A stretch of 64,000 nucleotides of DNA from Bacteroidales bacterium (GTDB taxonomy: Bacteria > Bacteroidota > Bacteroidia > Bacteroidales > UBA932). Shown piece by piece: positions 18,958 to 28,159 of this stretch. A program made the position numbers and the translations under genes. The first letter of the stretch is position 1; each line of letters starts with the position of its first letter. The notes beneath the pieces were generated by a model, which saw only the letters and a program-made list of their open reading frames with translations, was not told the origin of the DNA and did not search any database. The stretch covers positions 11,505-75,504 of the forward strand of contig JAFVVN010000039.1 in the NCBI GenBank assembly GCA_017502125.1. The letters run 5' to 3'.

Positions 18958-21939
18958 TTAGAAAAGGCTGATATTCACACCCAAAAGAACGGTAGCCACG
19001 TTAGGATAGAAGTCCGGATAGTCGATACCCGCATCCCATACGCCGGTGGTGTTGACCTCCGGATCCTGTCCGCTGTACTTCGTGATAGTGAAAACATTCT
19101 GTGCAGTGAGATAGACGCGGAGACTCTCGATGTACTTGTTCTCCTTGAACTTGAAGTTGTAGCCGATGGTCACGTTGTCAAGCTTGATGTATGAACCGTC
19201 CTCAAGATACTGGTCGGTGAAATGTCCCTTGTCGGAATATTTGACATCCGATCCGACTGCGTCCTTCATGAAGATGTTTGTGGATGCAGACTTCTGTGGT
19301 CCGTATGCCCAGCGTGTCACGTTGAGGATCTTGTTGCCCACAACACCTCTGAAGAACAATGTCGCATCCAGATTCTTCCAACGGATGGTGTTGTTCCATC
19401 CATATGTAAAGAGAGGCTGTGCATTTCCGATGATCTGCTTGTGGCCCTCGGATGCGTTGACTGCCTGGATATATCCGCCTGTAGGAGTGTTGAACATTGC
19501 TGTTCCGTCAGACTTGTAACCGGCAAACGAATATCCGTAGAACGATCCCACAGCCTCACCCTCGGTAAGGAGCTGAACATTCGTATTCATGATACCGTTC
19601 TCACCCACACCACCTGAAGTTGTCTTGGTGTAGTTGAAGCCCTTTGATGGATCTGAGAGCTTTGTGATGATGTTCTTGTTGAACGAGATGGTCGGAGTTG
19701 TAACCCATGTCCAGTCCTTGGTCTGAACAGGAACTCCGCTGATTGCGAGCTCGACACCGTAGCTGTCCATCTGTCCTGCGTTGGCAAGAAGGGTAGGATA
19801 CTGGTATGGAGGAGTAGGCACCTCATAGTCCCAGAGAAGGTCACGGGTCTGACGATAGTACACATCCAAGCTACCATAGATGCGGTTGTCAAGGAATGCA
19901 TAATCGAGACCGAGGTTGTACTCGTACTTCTTCTCCCAGCGGAGGTCTGGGTTCACGTTCTGAGAAACGCCATATGTGTACACATACTGTCCGTTATACC
20001 AGAATGATCCTCCGTTTGAAAGCATGGCAACTGACTTGAGGTCAGATCCGAGGTTGTTACCTGTCACACCGAAACCTGCGCGGAGCTTGAGGTCGTTGCA
20101 CCAGTCCTTGCCTTCCATGAAGTCCTCACCTGTGATTCTCCATCCGAGGCTGACTGCAGGGAACCATCCCCACTTGTTGTTGGCACCGAAACGTGAAGAA
20201 CCCTCGCGACGGATAGACGCGGAAACGAGGTATTTCTCAGCATAGTTATAGTTCACACGACCGAACACGGCAGCAAGAGCATTTGAATTCCTGTATGAAG
20301 ATGCATTCAGATACTTCTTCGATGCATCACCGTTACCGATCTGGAAATATTTTGCATCATCTGTAGGGAATCCCTTGTTCTCGATGTTCTGACCGTCATA
20401 CAGGAATTTCTGATATGAGAAACCGGCAACTCCGGCAACATGGTGCTGACCGAATGAACGTGAATAATCTGCTGTAACCTCGAAGAGCTTGGTGAAGCTG
20501 AAGTCGCTGCCACGACCACCCATTCCGGAACCGGTTTCATCTGTATTGATGGTGCGGTTATACCAGAAGTTACGGTTGTCACCTTCCTCGATAGCTGCAA
20601 AACCGCTCACCCTAAGACCCTTGACAGGCTTGATGTTCACTGTAGCCTTGACCGAACCACGGAAGAAGTTTCCGTTGCCATATGATTCCTTCTGCATCAT
20701 CTGCTCAACAGGGTTTGATGTACCTGTACCTGATGGCATGAAGAATCCGTTGGCATTGGCCGAATCATAGATAGGGTATGTAGGGTTCATGATTGCAGCC
20801 TGCTTGAAGTTACCGCAGTTGTAATCATTGCGATAATGCATATATGAAAGGTCATACTGGAGTTCAAGCCAGCCGTCGAGTGCCTTCTGGGAAGCGGCGA
20901 TCTTGGCGATCATTTCCTCACGGTTGTTGTTCTTTGCGATACCCTCTGCATTCTTATAAGCAATTGACGCACGGTAGTTGAACTTGCTTGAAGATCCAAC
21001 GATTGCCACATTATGATTGTGTGTCATTGCGGCAGGACGGCACATTGCCTCAACCCAGTCCGTGTTGTATGCATTACCATCAGTAGCAGCATATATGACA
21101 GGGGAAATTGCACCGTTGGAAAGGGTAGCAAGGTTTCTGAACTCCTCAGGAGTAGCCATTCCCATGTCACCGTTTCTCATTGACACTGAGGCATATCCGG
21201 AATACTCTACCCTTGTGTTCGCAACGTCAGAGAAGTTGTCACCTCTCTTTGTGGTGATGATGATCACACCGTTGGTACCGCGGGTACCGTAGATGGCTGC
21301 TGCAGAACCGTCCTTGAGGACGTCCATAGAAGCGATTTCATCAGGAGATATGTTGTCGATGTTGCTCACAGGCACGCCGTCCACGATGTAGAGAGGTGAA
21401 GTACCTGCACCCTTGTCGAGAGTGGAGAATCCACGGATCTGGACATTGAAGCCTGTGCTGGTAGGGTCGCTGGTGGTTCTGATGATGTTCAGACCGGCAA
21501 CCTTTCCCTGAAGGAGACCGACAGGACTGGTCTTCACACCGGCGTTGAAGTCTTCAGACTTTACGGAAGCCACGGAACCGGTGACCTCTTTCTTCTTCTG
21601 AGAACCGTAACCGATTACGACCACCTCATCCAGGAACTGTGTATCCTCTGAGAGAATGACGTTCTGAGGCACCTGCGATGCAGGGAAAGTCTGTGTCGCA
21701 TAACCGATACAACTGATTTCGATAATCGCGTCAGCGCTTGAAACGACGAGGAGATAGTCTCCGTCAATTCCGGTCGATGCACCGTTGGTCGTGCCCTGTT
21801 CCAGGACAGTGGCTCCGATAACAGGTCCCAACTCATCGCTGACAACACCTCTGACCTCGTATCCGCCCTGAGCGAATACAGACACACCCATGATGCATGA
21901 AAGCACCACCGATGCGCATAGTGTCATGATTCTATTCAT
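18958..21939 (-). CDS. susC: SusC/RagA TonB-dependent transporter
   Basis: VVVIGYG, PLYIVDGVP, VLKDGSAAAIYGTRGTNGVIIITTKRG, NPDLRWE, C-terminal Phe. Confidence 0.96.
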   Translation of the reverse strand: MNRIMTLCASVVLSCIMGVSVFAQGGYEVRGVVSDELGPVIGATVLEQGTTNGASTGIDGDYLLVVSSADAIIEISCIGYATQTFPASQVPQNVILSEDTQFLDEVVVIGYGSQKKKEVTGSVASVKSEDFNAGVKTSPVGLLQGKVAGLNIIRTTSDPTSTGFNVQIRGFSTLDKGAGTSPLYIVDGVPVSNIDNISPDEIASMDVLKDGSAAAIYGTRGTNGVIIITTKRGDNFSDVANTRVEYSGYASVSMRNGDMGMATPEEFRNLATLSNGAISPVIYAATDGNAYNTDWVEAMCRPAAMTHNHNVAIVGSSSKFNYRASIAYKNAEGIAKNNNREEMIAKIAASQKALDGWLELQYDLSYMHYRNDYNCGNFKQAAIMNPTYPIYDSANANGFFMPSGTGTSNPVEQMMQKESYGNGNFFRGSVKATVNIKPVKGLRVSGFAAIEEGDNRNFWYNRTINTDETGSGMGGRGSDFSFTKLFEVTADYSRSFGQHHVAGVAGFSYQKFLYDGQNIENKGFPTDDAKYFQIGNGDASKKYLNASSYRNSNALAAVFGRVNYNYAEKYLVSASIRREGSSRFGANNKWGWFPAVSLGWRITGEDFMEGKDWCNDLKLRAGFGVTGNNLGSDLKSVAMLSNGGSFWYNGQYVYTYGVSQNVNPDLRWEKKYEYNLGLDYAFLDNRIYGSLDVYYRQTRDLLWDYEVPTPPYQYPTLLANAGQMDSYGVELAISGVPVQTKDWTWVTTPTISFNKNIITKLSDPSKGFNYTKTTSGGVGENGIMNTNVQLLTEGEAVGSFYGYSFAGYKSDGTAMFNTPTGGYIQAVNASEGHKQIIGNAQPLFTYGWNNTIRWKNLDATLFFRGVVGNKILNVTRWAYGPQKSASTNIFMKDAVGSDVKYSDKGHFTDQYLEDGSYIKLDNVTIGYNFKFKENKYIESLRVYLTAQNVFTITKYSGQDPEVNTTGVWDAGIDYPDFYPNVATVLLGVNISLF

Positions 21940-22000
21940 AAGAATTTCGTTTGGTTAGTAGATTGTTTTTTATTGTAGTATCCTTTTAATAGCTTTTCAT

Positions 22001-23299
22001 CTATCTTGTCTTGACGAAGCGCACAGAGACAGCTCCGAGGACCAGAAGCACCGCTGCAACAAGGAACATGTTCACCTGCGCTCCGCCCACTGACTTAAGT
22101 ACAAGACCTCCGCATGCTCCGGCTGCAATCTGAGGAAGGCAGATAGTGCCGTTGAACAGTCCGAGGTATGTGCCGATATGGTCTCCTGAAAGTGAGTTGG
22201 TCAGAAGCGTGAACGGTATTGCAAGCATCGCCGCCCAAGCGACTCCGATAAGAATGAATGACAAGATCAGCAGGTACTGGTCGTGGATGAAGAATACCGA
22301 TGCGAAGCCGGCGGCTCCGATGAGGAGACTGACCACATATGCTGTCTTGATGTTCTTGAACTTAGGAATGACAAGTGCCCATATCACAGAGCCGACTGAC
22401 TGGAGTCCGAAGAGGATACCCACCCAGTTGCCGGCTGCCTGATAACCTTCGGAAGCGACATCAGTGGTACCCCATACGGTATCTGCAATGGCTCCGTTGG
22501 TGTATGTCCACATGAAGAGGAACGCCGCCCAGCAGAAGAACTGCACAAGGCCCACGGTCCAGAATGTCTTAGGAGCGTTCTTCAGGAGCGTGAACATTCC
22601 CGGAGTCTTTTCGTCCTTCCTGTTCAGGTCAATGCCGTGGAACTCGGCATATTCCTTCGGAGGCATCTCCTTGACCTTGAGGGATGTGAAAAGGACGCAG
22701 AGTATCAGAATCGCGGCTCCCACATAGAACGAGTATTTGACAGAATCCGGAACCTGTCCCTCCGGGGCGACATTGGCTATGCCGAACCATGCAAGAAGGA
22801 ACGGGAATACAAATCCCACGAATCCTCCTGCGTTTACGAGGAAGCTCTGGATGGAATATGCCGTGGCTTTCTGATTTTCGCCCACCATATCGCCCACGAG
22901 CATCTTGAACGGCTGCATGGCCATATTGATGGATGTATCAAGCAGCATGAGCGCCACGATACCGAAGGCCATTGCCCCTGCAAACGTAAGATTGAAGTTT
23001 CCGGCATTAGGCAGAAGGCACATCACGGCGATAGCGATGACTGAACCAAGGAAAAGATATGGGATGCGGCGACCGAAACGGCACCAGGTCCTGTCACTGT
23101 ACTTCCCGACAAGTGGCTGAACGAGAATACCCATGAGAGGTGGCAATATCCAGAAGAGGCTGAGGCTGTGCGGATCTGCACCAAGAGTCGCAAAGATGCG
23201 GCTGATATTAGCACTCTGGAGGGAATAGGCTATCTGAACCCCGAAAAATCCGAAGCTGATATTCCACATCTGCCAGAAAGTAAGTTTCGTTTTTTGCAT
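22001..23299 (-). CDS. MFS maltose/maltodextrin transporter (MalT/SLC45-like)
   Basis: WNISFGFFGVQ, SDRTWCRFGRRIPY, LDTSINMAMQPF, VQFFCWAAF, GTYLGLFNGTICLPQI; about 12 hydrophobic segments. Confidence 0.9.
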   Translation of the reverse strand: MQKTKLTFWQMWNISFGFFGVQIAYSLQSANISRIFATLGADPHSLSLFWILPPLMGILVQPLVGKYSDRTWCRFGRRIPYLFLGSVIAIAVMCLLPNAGNFNLTFAGAMAFGIVALMLLDTSINMAMQPFKMLVGDMVGENQKATAYSIQSFLVNAGGFVGFVFPFLLAWFGIANVAPEGQVPDSVKYSFYVGAAILILCVLFTSLKVKEMPPKEYAEFHGIDLNRKDEKTPGMFTLLKNAPKTFWTVGLVQFFCWAAFLFMWTYTNGAIADTVWGTTDVASEGYQAAGNWVGILFGLQSVGSVIWALVIPKFKNIKTAYVVSLLIGAAGFASVFFIHDQYLLILSFILIGVAWAAMLAIPFTLLTNSLSGDHIGTYLGLFNGTICLPQIAAGACGGLVLKSVGGAQVNMFLVAAVLLVLGAVSVRFVKTR

Positions 23300-23344
23300 T
23301 TTGCAGTTGATTTGGTTACTAAATATTAGTGGATAATAAGTTCG

Positions 23345-23477
23345 TAAAAATAAATATTAATGTTCATACGGGTGTTACCTGCAAGACGAAAACCTCGAAA
23401 AATCGGGACGAACGGTCACATTTTCGGGACGAACAGAGGCCAGAATTTGTATAATCCGGACAAATCCTTTAACTTAG
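23345..23477. promoter_or_regulatory. Divergent promoter region with phased LytTR-type direct repeats
   Basis: TCGGGACGAAC twice at 23403 and 23424 (21-bp period); extra GACGAA at 23385 and GACAAA at 23459; imperfect -7 TATTTTTA (minus, 23352-23345); TTTG at 23446 with TAACTTAG at 23470 for the kinase gene. Confidence 0.75.
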
Positions 23478-23502
23478 TGCCTGGATTTGAGACAGATTCT
23501 GC

Positions 23503-24852
23503 ATGAGACGCACCAGCTTATCATTCATAATACACATCTTCGCATTCCTCCATGCTGCAGTGGCCTTGTCATGCCGTTTTGCAAAAACAGATGACGAATT
23601 GCTTCTCACCATCCTTACGATGGCCCTCGCTCTGATCATCTGCATAAGAAAGGGTCTGAAGGTCGAATTCACCGCCGCAATAGTCATTGTGACGAATATT
23701 CTCGGATTCATCATCGGAACATTCGGAGCCAACGTACTGCAGACATTCATCAAATCGGAATATGCAGTACACTGCATCTCCACCTTCATCACCACAGAGA
23801 TTCTGGGATGGTGCATAATAGCAATCACCAACATTTTCGGACAGAAGGACGACAACCACGAAGCATTCAGGTCATCACCATATCTTAAATGGATACTTCT
23901 CGTCGGTGCCGTGACTTTTACATTGAGACTGCTTTTTGTGATATTCCTGTCCAGGTCCAGTCTTGAACAGACCTTCATACTCGAGATCATCAGGAAAGTG
24001 ATGACAAATTCATTTTCACTGATCATTCTCGCCTGCGTGAACATCATGTTCATCAGATCGGTGGCCACGAGGGAAAAGTCTTCATCGAAACCCGGAACAA
24101 TCCTCATGTATGCCGGATTCATGGTTCTGGCCGCACTGCTTGAAACATTCCTGACAGGACTGGAAGAAAACGGATTCGCGCTCATCTTCATCATCTCTCT
24201 TGTAGTCCAGATAACCATGTACTGCATCGTATACGTGATAAACTACGCCATCACCGCACGCACCGAGATGCAGGAAGAAAGGGAAAAGGCCAATATGGCG
24301 CAATACAGGTATGTCAAGCTGAAAAGACAGGTGAACCCGCATTTCCTGTTCAACTCGCTCAACATCCTCGACTGCCTGATTCGCGAGGAGAAGTCTGAAC
24401 AGGCGAGCCTGTACACGCACAAGCTTGCCTCCATCTACAGATATATGATCAAGAGTGAGGAAGAGGATGTCGTGCCGCTGAGAGAGGAACTGGTGTTCGT
24501 GGGATTGTATATCGACCTGCTCAAGGTACGGTTCCCGGAAGGCTTCGACGTGGAGATTGATGTTCCGGAAGACAGGATGGCAAGGTTTGTGCCTCCGTGC
24601 TCCATCCAGCTGCTCATAGAGAACGCCACCAAACATAATGCTGTCGGCAGTGAAACGCCTCTTCTGATAAAGGTGCATGCCGAAGGCGACAATATATGTG
24701 TAAGCAACAACATAATCCCGAAGATGACGAAAAACCAGTCCACCGGACTCGGCCAGAAATACATCAGACAGCTGTATATGGACCTCTCGGGAAAGCATAT
24801 CGGCATCAACACGTCCGATGGTTGCTATTGTGTAACTTTACCTTTATTATGA
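23503..24852 (+). CDS. LytS-like membrane sensor histidine kinase
   Basis: About 8 N-terminal hydrophobic segments; LKRQVNPHFLFNSLN H-box; VPLREEL; IQLLIENATKHN; STGLG. Confidence 0.93.
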   Translation: MRRTSLSFIIHIFAFLHAAVALSCRFAKTDDELLLTILTMALALIICIRKGLKVEFTAAIVIVTNILGFIIGTFGANVLQTFIKSEYAVHCISTFITTEILGWCIIAITNIFGQKDDNHEAFRSSPYLKWILLVGAVTFTLRLLFVIFLSRSSLEQTFILEIIRKVMTNSFSLIILACVNIMFIRSVATREKSSSKPGTILMYAGFMVLAALLETFLTGLEENGFALIFIISLVVQITMYCIVYVINYAITARTEMQEEREKANMAQYRYVKLKRQVNPHFLFNSLNILDCLIREEKSEQASLYTHKLASIYRYMIKSEEEDVVPLREELVFVGLYIDLLKVRFPEGFDVEIDVPEDRMARFVPPCSIQLLIENATKHNAVGSETPLLIKVHAEGDNICVSNNIIPKMTKNQSTGLGQKYIRQLYMDLSGKHIGINTSDGCYCVTLPLL

Positions 24853-24853
24853 C

Positions 24854-25615
24854 ATGGCAATGAAAGTCCTGATTGTAGAAGACGAAATAATGGCTCAGAA
24901 AAGCCTTATCAGAATTCTTACTCAGAATTTTGCCGACATGGAAATAGTCGGCACCACAGGTTCCGTGAAAGGCACTGTCAGCTGGCTGAACGATCCGGCC
25001 AACAAGGCTGACGTCATTTTCATGGATGTGGAATTGTCTGACGGAGAATGCTTTGAGATATTCAGGCAGACTGAAGTGAAGTCCAAGGTTATAATGACGA
25101 CCGCCTATGACACCTATGCCATCAAGGCATTCGAAGCAGGCAGTATCGACTACCTTCTGAAGCCTATTGATCCGACAGCACTGAAAAGAGCTGTCGCACG
25201 GTGCAGGATGAGCGGAGGCCAGATCGACGTGGAGGCGCTTGCCAAGGCGTTGGGCGGCTCAGCCGGAAGGAAGGACTACAAGGAAAGATACATCATCCGC
25301 TTCAACGACAGAATCGTCCCTATCGAGACTTCCAATATAGCATATGTCTACTCGGAAGAGAAGAACAACTATCTTGTCACATTCGACGACCAGAGATATG
25401 TCATAGATTCATCACTGGACCTCGTCATGGAGGAGATGAATCCGGAAATGTTCTTCAGGATATCCCGAAGCTGCATAGTGTCGATGAAGGCAATAGAAAG
25501 CATCATCAAGCAGGCCGGCAGCAGACTCCGCATTATCGCCACTCCCGAACCGGGCTTCGAGATGACCGTGAGCCGCTCCCGGGTGGATGACTTCCTGAAG
25601 TGGCTGGAAAGATAG
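24854..25615 (+). CDS. LytTR-family response regulator
   Basis: Receiver LIVEDE, IFMDVELSDG, TTAYD, DYLLKP; LytTR domain FFRISRSCIV, VSRSRV. Confidence 0.95.
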   Translation: MAMKVLIVEDEIMAQKSLIRILTQNFADMEIVGTTGSVKGTVSWLNDPANKADVIFMDVELSDGECFEIFRQTEVKSKVIMTTAYDTYAIKAFEAGSIDYLLKPIDPTALKRAVARCRMSGGQIDVEALAKALGGSAGRKDYKERYIIRFNDRIVPIETSNIAYVYSEEKNNYLVTFDDQRYVIDSSLDLVMEEMNPEMFFRISRSCIVSMKAIESIIKQAGSRLRIIATPEPGFEMTVSRSRVDDFLKWLER

Positions 25616-25668
25616 TCGTCCGCGAATCGGATGTCGGGACTATCAATCCGTGACCGTAATATATAAGA

Positions 25669-25720
25669 ATACCTCACAGGCAAAAATCCTTCAATTTTCA
25701 CCTGTGAGGTATCGTTTTTT
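25669..25720. terminator. Hairpin terminator between convergent LytTR gene and malQ
   Basis: ATACCTCACAGG (25669-25680) / CCTGTGAGGTAT (25701-25712) followed by a T run. Confidence 0.7.
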
Positions 25721-28123
25721 TTATTTCCTTCCGCTGTCGGCGATCATGCCGCTGAGGATGGCGTTGAACTCGTCTGCCGCTGAAAGCTGGTCGAGCGTCA
25801 GGTGCATGCGGTAGCGCCAGTAGTGGCGAGGATTGGCCGGCACGTTGATCCGCTCTTCATCAGGATTGCTGCGGCGTAGTGCTCCATCCATCGAGAGCCA
25901 GTCCTGGAGAGGAAGCACGGTCAGCATCGCAGGAGACCAGAGGTGCTGGTCGAGAATCTGACGGCAGATCCAAGGTTCGCAGAAATATGGAGCATCTCCC
26001 TGACCGCCGAGCATCTCATTGTAGAACTGCTGGGTCACCTGCCTGTCTTCCTCCCACCATGCACGGATAGGGTTCATATCGTGGGTCGAGGTGGTGCAGA
26101 CAGAGAGGTACGGATACCATGCCGGGTTCGCGAAGTTGTCGTGCACGGACTTAGGCATGCGCTGGATCTCAAGAGAAAGAATCCTCAGACCGTCCATGAC
26201 GCTCGGTACACATGCTGGAATCATTCCCAGGTCCTCACCGCAGGCGAGCATGCCTGTGGAATCAAGGAGTGCAGGAAGTTTCTGCATTGCGGTGTGATAC
26301 CAGAAGTCGTTGTGACGATAGTAGAAGAAGTCTGTGTAGAGACGGTCGAAGGCAGCGCGACGGTATGCGTCGAGCCACTGGTATGACTGGCTGTCACGGG
26401 CTCCGATGCGTGGGTGATAGTGTCCGGTCTTGCGAGGGTCCTCGATGAAGAGACCGCCATCGCGGACGTCAAAGCCCTGGCTTTCAAGTTCGTGTGCAGG
26501 GTAAGGAAGGGCCGGGTTGAAATATCCGTCCAGACCGCTCTTTGACCACATCGGAATTTCCCATATGCGGAAGAATCCGAGGATGTGGTCGATGCGGAAC
26601 ACGTCGAAATACTCCGCCATCTTGGCAAAGCGTGCCTTCCACCATGCGAATCCGTCCTCTGCCATCTTCTCCCAGTTGTATGTAGGGAAGCCCCAGTTCT
26701 GTCCGTCAGCCGAGAATGCATCAGGCGGTGCACCTGCCTGGGAATCCATATGGAAGAGCTCCGGATGAATCCATGCATCCACGCTGGTGCGGCTGATTCC
26801 GATAGGAAGGTCACCCTTGAACACGACTCCGCGTGAGTGGGCATATTCGCATACCTCCGAAAGCTGGAGGTCAAGATGATACTGAACGAAGCACCAGAAG
26901 TCGATGTCTGTCTTATGCTCCTCGCAGAAAGCCGCAACCTTCTTCCTGTTATACTTTGCATATCCCTTCCACTGTGAGAAGTCAGGGGTTCCGTTAAGGT
27001 CACGAAGAACGCAGAAGGCGGCATATGGAAGAAGCCAGTCATTGTTCTTCTGAACGAATGCCTGATATTTCTCTGTTGCGGAGAGTTTCTTGAATGTCTT
27101 GTCGAAGGCCTTTCTCAGATATGCCAGCTTGGCATTGTTCACCCTCTCGTAGTCGATCTTGTCGAGGGAGTTGAGTTCCGCCTGAAGGGCCTTGTATTCC
27201 TCATCCACCTTCACGCCCACTGCAGGGAGATGCAGGAACTGAGGATGAAGGGCGAATGTGGAATTAGGATTGTATGGATATGAGTCCTCCCAAGTTCCGA
27301 GCATGGTGGTGTCGTTGATCGGGAGAAGCTGGAGGATGCTCTGGCCCGTGGCTGCAGCCCAGTCCACCATCTTCTTGAGGTCATAGAACTCTCCCACTCC
27401 GAAGTCTTCTGTGCTGCGGAGGGAGAATACAGGGATGGCTGTGCCGGCTCCCTTCCAGTTCCTTCCATGGAAGCAGGTCTGAAGTGTGCCGTCCACGACC
27501 GCCTCATCCTTCTGAGGTACATCGGTGAACCATCTGTTCCCGCAGTCCTCCCATGCGAGAGGCTCAAGAGTCTTCCTGTCTGCTATCACAAGCTTGTATT
27601 CGAACACCTCATCCACATTCAGGGCAAGAGTCCACTGAGGATAGGCACTGTCATCGAACGGATGCATCTTCTGCCAGTTTCCGAGAGATTTTCCGCTTCC
27701 GGCAAGGGCAAGGACCTCATTCGGGCGTATGTTTGCCGCCTGTACGGAGAGAACCACATTCGCATCCTTAACTGTCCTGACCTTTCCGGCTGTTCCTCTG
27801 CCGAAGATGGCACCGGTGAAGGCTGACGAATAGAAAGGTGCGTCAGCAGGACGGTCATGCCATCTGTCATTCAGGACGAGGGTCTTCGGCGACACTCCTT
27901 CCGGAAGAACAAGACGATGTCCTCTCCACTCCGTACGGATGGTCCTTCCGTCGCTGACCACTTCGTAGGTATACTCCGAAGCCTTCTCCGGATTGAAGCG
28001 TCCCACTTCCACGGTCCACTCTCCCTCACCGGCGTATGACATCGGATAGCGCCTGCCGCCCAGACAGAGGACGAGCTCCTCTCCCCAGACAGTGTTGTAC
28101 TCGATTGTTATCTGTAATTTCAT
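25721..28123 (-). CDS. malQ: 4-alpha-glucanotransferase (GH77) with N-terminal CBM20-like domains
   Basis: AGTAIPVFSLRS, LQLLPINDT, DSYPY, KGDLPIG, GAPPDAF, GQNWGFP, RIDHILGFFRIW, GEDLG, STHDM. Confidence 0.95.
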   Translation of the reverse strand: MKLQITIEYNTVWGEELVLCLGGRRYPMSYAGEGEWTVEVGRFNPEKASEYTYEVVSDGRTIRTEWRGHRLVLPEGVSPKTLVLNDRWHDRPADAPFYSSAFTGAIFGRGTAGKVRTVKDANVVLSVQAANIRPNEVLALAGSGKSLGNWQKMHPFDDSAYPQWTLALNVDEVFEYKLVIADRKTLEPLAWEDCGNRWFTDVPQKDEAVVDGTLQTCFHGRNWKGAGTAIPVFSLRSTEDFGVGEFYDLKKMVDWAAATGQSILQLLPINDTTMLGTWEDSYPYNPNSTFALHPQFLHLPAVGVKVDEEYKALQAELNSLDKIDYERVNNAKLAYLRKAFDKTFKKLSATEKYQAFVQKNNDWLLPYAAFCVLRDLNGTPDFSQWKGYAKYNRKKVAAFCEEHKTDIDFWCFVQYHLDLQLSEVCEYAHSRGVVFKGDLPIGISRTSVDAWIHPELFHMDSQAGAPPDAFSADGQNWGFPTYNWEKMAEDGFAWWKARFAKMAEYFDVFRIDHILGFFRIWEIPMWSKSGLDGYFNPALPYPAHELESQGFDVRDGGLFIEDPRKTGHYHPRIGARDSQSYQWLDAYRRAAFDRLYTDFFYYRHNDFWYHTAMQKLPALLDSTGMLACGEDLGMIPACVPSVMDGLRILSLEIQRMPKSVHDNFANPAWYPYLSVCTTSTHDMNPIRAWWEEDRQVTQQFYNEMLGGQGDAPYFCEPWICRQILDQHLWSPAMLTVLPLQDWLSMDGALRRSNPDEERINVPANPRHYWRYRMHLTLDQLSAADEFNAILSGMIADSGRK

Positions 28124-28159
28124 ATTCTTATGTTTGTAATTTGTGTATTCAGCAGGTGC

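Noticed and set aside
23469-24227. 252-aa antisense ORF over the kinase gene, and similar long antisense ORFs (e.g. 47455-48726, 58157-59083)
   Set aside because: No motifs; expected shadows of biased codon usage in real genes on the opposite strand
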